In this document: in pieces, positions 62,201-64,000 of the stretch
How positions within the stretch are numbered: position 1 is the first letter of the stretch
Layout of the letters: each line of letters opens with the position of its first letter
NCBI GenBank assembly: GCA_964632485.1
Contig: CAZWDO010000017.1
Coordinates: 1 to 64,000, forward strand
Direction of reading: 5' to 3'
Length of the DNA: 64,000 nucleotides
Origin: an uncultured bacterium
GTDB lineage: Bacteria; JAGOEH01
Notes under the pieces: generated by a model
The model's database searches: none
What the model was told of the DNA's origin: nothing
What the model saw: only the letters and a program-made list of their open reading frames with translations
Translations under genes and position numbers: made by a program

Positions 62201-62257
62201 TATCGGATCAATACGCCGGAACAGATTACTGTTCATAAACTGTTGATGATGAAATAA
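56240..62257 (+). CDS. Large secreted surface protein (FN3-like, five CnaB/SdrD-B-like repeats, PKD, T9SS/FlgD-Ig C-terminal domain)
   Basis: Signal peptide; two PTVTT/PDVVT+FN3 units; 5x I.G.I...P...V.V.LSG...TTTD..G.Y...YT.TP...GY.FTP; YHWDFGD; YPNPFN...IFNSLGQ...SGIYFY. Confidence 0.88.
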   Translation: MYRFFILFNMISLFLGIITPTWGQAWAARSNTDANSNIFLGGRFIEFGIAQNGSSGMIGTAVAKPAAFFGRRVAGNYGGAFLADADGFGLGADLRIDYFIPGTPAEGWALSVNGVNGLNSHTQTDIAYAFTDQTVGDLLRTTGTGTWEGITVDHDISFDLEHKYITYEVTLTNNSGAQKDNIYYMRSFDPDNTVDIGGSYTTTNTVMATHAAGDGKAILQAESGAGDAYDTYSGSRALLRYFSYDNKARLHLVPGGLMDSDAATVCTGANAKGDAVTQDRGISIGFDIGSLANGANTTFTYYVVMRSTSGTVTTNSNTDYTFYQTDFDYLDPGVAVAGVTIKTLPANGTLFIDANSDGVIDGGEEVNVNDEINDLADLNKLKYKPNADWVGKDSYTFQTNGVGDEINMAVVVRATVAYSAGANGSLTGGSPQTQYIVSGQNAVAVTATPNPGYVTRWTINSGAGNGSFSSLTANTLTITNVTGNIDVIATFKAAPTVTTQVASEIATTTATGNGNITATGDVNVTNRGVIWWAYSNTDKQIGDVGVTNVSEAGDFGTGDFTAALTSLTINTHYNARAHATNVIGTSYGTRVDFWTLAAVPPAPTIDNALSNSMEVTITAGSNPASVEFAIQETNSGNYVQVNGTLGAGVVWQSLGQWAPPILVNGLTPSTEYTFKVKARNGGGTETAFSDGTTRTTPDKPDVVTKAVSSPATTGITANGEITAINLANATNRGFIYWTYTGADKIIGDVGATNVSENGNFDVGTYNLALNSLAANTHYNLRAHATNIAGTNYGDRVDFWTLANQPAAPVVDNRTHTTLDVTISTNGNPYWTEYAIHEINTDTWIQPDGTLLDQLLWFTNAVWQDKITVKGLTPGRAYSFEVFARNGVPVMTAASPAAGATPGLLTISGKITHNGNPLPSVDVVLSGSRDLATTTDDQGDYSFTVFYYETFILTPSKTGYLFTPNYKGVLEIYEYVAQNFSAELLSYPIQGTITENDLPLSNVTVNLSGSTTAVTTTDSQGHYIFNDLEHFGNYTITPTKEHTSFTPEKRDISGLSGPLTIDFTASHHLYSIEGAVLDGDNAPVAGMSVTLTGDDDKSTTTDTEGTYRFTNLTGGGNYTVKPTAIGYIFTPSELVFNDLNQHETEQNFSAVKKTYSFSGLIFFEGQPMEGVTVTLSGSSDATIITSNRGYFYFSGLTHGSSYTVTPSLVGYAFTPSNKTVSELKSAVIQNFNAEIKMCAISGRITVNEVQLNALSAPLSDVTINLSGDESGTTLTDNNGAYQLMVKYGGQYTITPNKSGYSFTPLKRDYDGLSDDAPNQDFIASPQLPAIVQLLAPDNQAVNAPLNSTFSWHPAENAVTYTIEISRNANFENPEIQIDGIEETTYAPSDLDGYSTYYWRVRGVNPQHTGSWSAVWSFTTLMPASFFHAEIIEPDIDPTISQGQSVPLKGKPCSFNIPVIYHWDFGDTRSSEELEPGLTYFSQSGQFDIKFYYETADHQYVSDTAKRVLIVEPMSQQVRFTTVPYHRYEAPNVAILWKTGVATSANLYYGTQPDQLDQLVSVSQLKIDHSVILKDIQPGLYFYKVVATRRLMQLVSRIDSFVVTSTLSESLPPSVISMQPYFYNTYAFFFVTLNKVASVVCNYGTSPDNLSETLVGDGYFVRHKLILTGLTAGQTYYYKLTFTDLAGNVSSYPTATGLAKSAFSLNTEPFTTTQEIDIQAPGFIKSEMFLNYDRRLGLTWACDEPVSYSIQLMKGNELFTEFTDTSDYDIENILIINDLENGIDYQISLSVFDYKGNSASVSFNAQVAMDLPMAPILSEIAHTMFNGDCRIQWQTDVPATSVVRWGISDNLLDQTIEHRELTVKHDLFIDLTGIDQAVYYQVKSKLSDEVNESDWSELRMFSPVDIGEIVALNGLKPILETFGYPNPFNSQTTISYRLTRTIGVKLEIFNSLGQLVRHWPVKDETAGIQLKIWDGRDDHGKLLPSGIYFYRINTPEQITVHKLLMMK

Positions 62258-62276
62258 ACTGCATTCATATTAATGG

Positions 62277-62310
62277 AAAAAGGGCAGGGTTTAGAACTTG
62301 CCCTTTTTTT
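62277..62310 (+). terminator. Intrinsic terminator
   Basis: AAAAAGGGCAGG...CTTGCCCTTTTTTT. Confidence 0.82.
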
Positions 62311-62361
62311 ATTTACATCGTTGGATACTCACTCAAATTTAAATAGAATTGATTTTTTGTC

Positions 62362-62390
62362 TTGACAAACACGGGTTAACAGTGTATTTT
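62362..62390 (+). promoter_or_regulatory. Putative sigma70-type promoter of etfBA
   Basis: TTGACA-N17-TATTTT. Confidence 0.6.
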
Positions 62391-62447
62391 GTAAACTGTC
62401 GGAATCAACCACCGGTATATTACCTTACTAACCGTTAAGGAGACTGT

Positions 62448-63242
62448 ATGAAGATTTTGGTACTCATTAAGCAGGTTCCTGAAACCAATGATGTGCGCAT
62501 GGACGAAAAATCAGGAACAATGATCCGGGAGGGTGTGAATAGCATTATCAATCCCCTGGATTTATATGCAATTGAAGCGGCAATCCAGCTAAAGGAGCAG
62601 TTTGGAGGAGAAGTCGGCGTTATTTCAATGGGTCCGCCCAAAGCGATTGATGCCATAAAGGAAGCCATTGCTATGGGGTGCGATTTCGGGTATTTGCTGA
62701 GTGATCGGAAATTTGCAGGCGCGGATACGTGGGCAACCTCGTATGTTATTTCTAAGGCGCTGGGGAAATTGAACGATTACGATTTGATTTTATGTGGTGA
62801 ACGCGCCACCGATGGCGATACTGGCCAGGTTGGACCCGGCGTTGCTTCTTTTTTAAATTTGCCTTGTATTTCATACGTTTCATCGTTCCAAATGATAGAT
62901 GGAGAAATTGAAGCCAAACGTCTCGTGGAAACAGGTTATGAGGTTTATCGTTCGCCGTTGCCGGCTTTATTGACAGTTGTAAAAGAAATTTCCGATCCCC
63001 GTTTGCCGACCCTGCGCGGGAAGAAACGCGCCAAAACGATCCAAGCCCCCATGTGGGATAATGTCGCGCTTGAATTGGACGATCAATTGATTGGACTGAA
63101 TGGTTCACCCACGCGGGTCGTTAAGATTTTCCGACCGAAAATTGCCCGGCAGGGTGAAACCTTCGTCGTTAAATCCGAGGCGGATGCTATAGTAGCCGCT
63201 GATAAAATCGTTGCCTATTTGGAAAAAAATCAACTCATTTAG
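62448..63242 (+). CDS. etfB: Electron transfer flavoprotein beta subunit
   Basis: KQVP, INPLD, SMGP, DRKFAGADTWAT, DGDTGQVGP, GSPT.V. Confidence 0.95.
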   Translation: MKILVLIKQVPETNDVRMDEKSGTMIREGVNSIINPLDLYAIEAAIQLKEQFGGEVGVISMGPPKAIDAIKEAIAMGCDFGYLLSDRKFAGADTWATSYVISKALGKLNDYDLILCGERATDGDTGQVGPGVASFLNLPCISYVSSFQMIDGEIEAKRLVETGYEVYRSPLPALLTVVKEISDPRLPTLRGKKRAKTIQAPMWDNVALELDDQLIGLNGSPTRVVKIFRPKIARQGETFVVKSEADAIVAADKIVAYLEKNQLI

Positions 63243-63253
63243 GGAGTATAGAA

Positions 63254-64000
63254 ATGGCGCAAACCAAATCAATATGGACCCTGGCCGAAGTTACAGACAA
63301 TAAAATCAATCCAGTATCTTACGAGATTATTGCCCGGGCCGTCGAATTGAAGGAAAAACTGGCGGATAGTAAAATCGTCAGCATTATGTTAGGCCCTGAA
63401 ATGGAAGAGGCTGAGGTTAAAAAATTAATACAATATGGCGCGGATGAAGTCCTATACATCAAGGACCCTCGTTTGACGCATTTTATCATTCAGGATTTTG
63501 CCGCGATCCTGAGCGATCTGGGAAAGACCGAGCAACCCTTTATCTTTCTGGCAGGCGCGACGACTTATGGCCGCACTTTGATGCCCTATCTGGCTATCCA
63601 GATGTATGCCGGGCTGACGGCGGATTGCACGATCCTGGATATTGAGGCGGAGACTGATCTGCTGTTGCAGACACGGCCCGCGATCGGAGGCAATATACTG
63701 GCAACTATCAAAACGCCGACCGCCAGACCTCAAATGGCAACCGTACGCCCGCATTCCACCAAGCCGCTGACTCCCGATGAAAACCGAAAAGGTTTGATTC
63801 GGAGTATTCCGCTAAAAGATGACTACTTTCATTCCAAAATGCGGTTTGTCCGTTTTGAAAGCTTGGAAGACACCGAAGGGAATATCAGTGAAGCCCCGCG
63901 TATCGTTGCCGGGGGCAGGGGATTAGGTAAAGCTGAAAATTTTGAGCTGGTGTTGGAATTGGCAAAAAATCTCGATGCGGCTGTCGGCGCAACCCGTGAA
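63254..64000 (+). CDS. etfA: Electron transfer flavoprotein alpha subunit (3'-truncated by window edge; absent from the ORF track)
   Basis: Hand translation MAQTKSIWTLAE...YGADEV...GLTADCT...QTRPAIGGNILATI...RPQMATVRP...IVAGGRG; SD GGAG. Confidence 0.93.
   Translation, partial: MAQTKSIWTLAEVTDNKINPVSYEIIARAVELKEKLADSKIVSIMLGPEMEEAEVKKLIQYGADEVLYIKDPRLTHFIIQDFAAILSDLGKTEQPFIFLAGATTYGRTLMPYLAIQMYAGLTADCTILDIEAETDLLLQTRPAIGGNILATIKTPTARPQMATVRPHSTKPLTPDENRKGLIRSIPLKDDYFHSKMRFVRFESLEDTEGNISEAPRIVAGGRGLGKAENFELVLELAKNLDAAVGATRE

Overview
Bacterial chromosomal window, mostly housekeeping and cell-envelope genes. The host is probably an anaerobic non-Bacteroidota member of the FCB group (inference): it has T9SS/FlgD-type C-terminal sorting domains and Bacteroidota-like envelope genes, but canonical TTGACA-N17-TAnnnT promoters and GGAG Shine-Dalgarno sites. 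The left edge is the end of an integrative element: a 5'-truncated tyrosine integrase converging on tRNA-Arg(ACG). Left to right: hybrid kinase, yitJ-like gene, lnt; a four-gene minus-strand cluster (TonB receptor, DUF4876-like lipoprotein, second OM barrel, gingipain/C25-like protease fused to HEAT repeats); a divergent TM1266-like regulator plus TonB receptor with a structured leader; nitroreductase; Fe-ADH; a 3193-aa repeat adhesin; TPR-PP2C phosphatase; CapA; DUF2279, GT2, Wzi; a long minus-strand run (asnS, hldD, CheZ-like, peptidase-propeller-Omp85 fusion, mtaB, comEA-like, TPAT-type TRAP transporter); hisC; M24 peptidase, UvrD, MazG; HU; a 2005-aa adhesin; etfB and partial etfA. Best leads: (1) the TonB/lipoprotein/barrel/cysteine-protease cluster; (2) two giant adhesins with different heads on a homologous, equal-length C-terminal module; (3) a skewed distribution of D-(S/T)-hydrophobic O-glycosylation sequons; (4) the TM1266-TonB pair; (5) a chain of ATGA-coupled mini-ORFs. 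All family assignments come from motif recognition by eye, not database searches. No CRISPR array or rRNA was seen.
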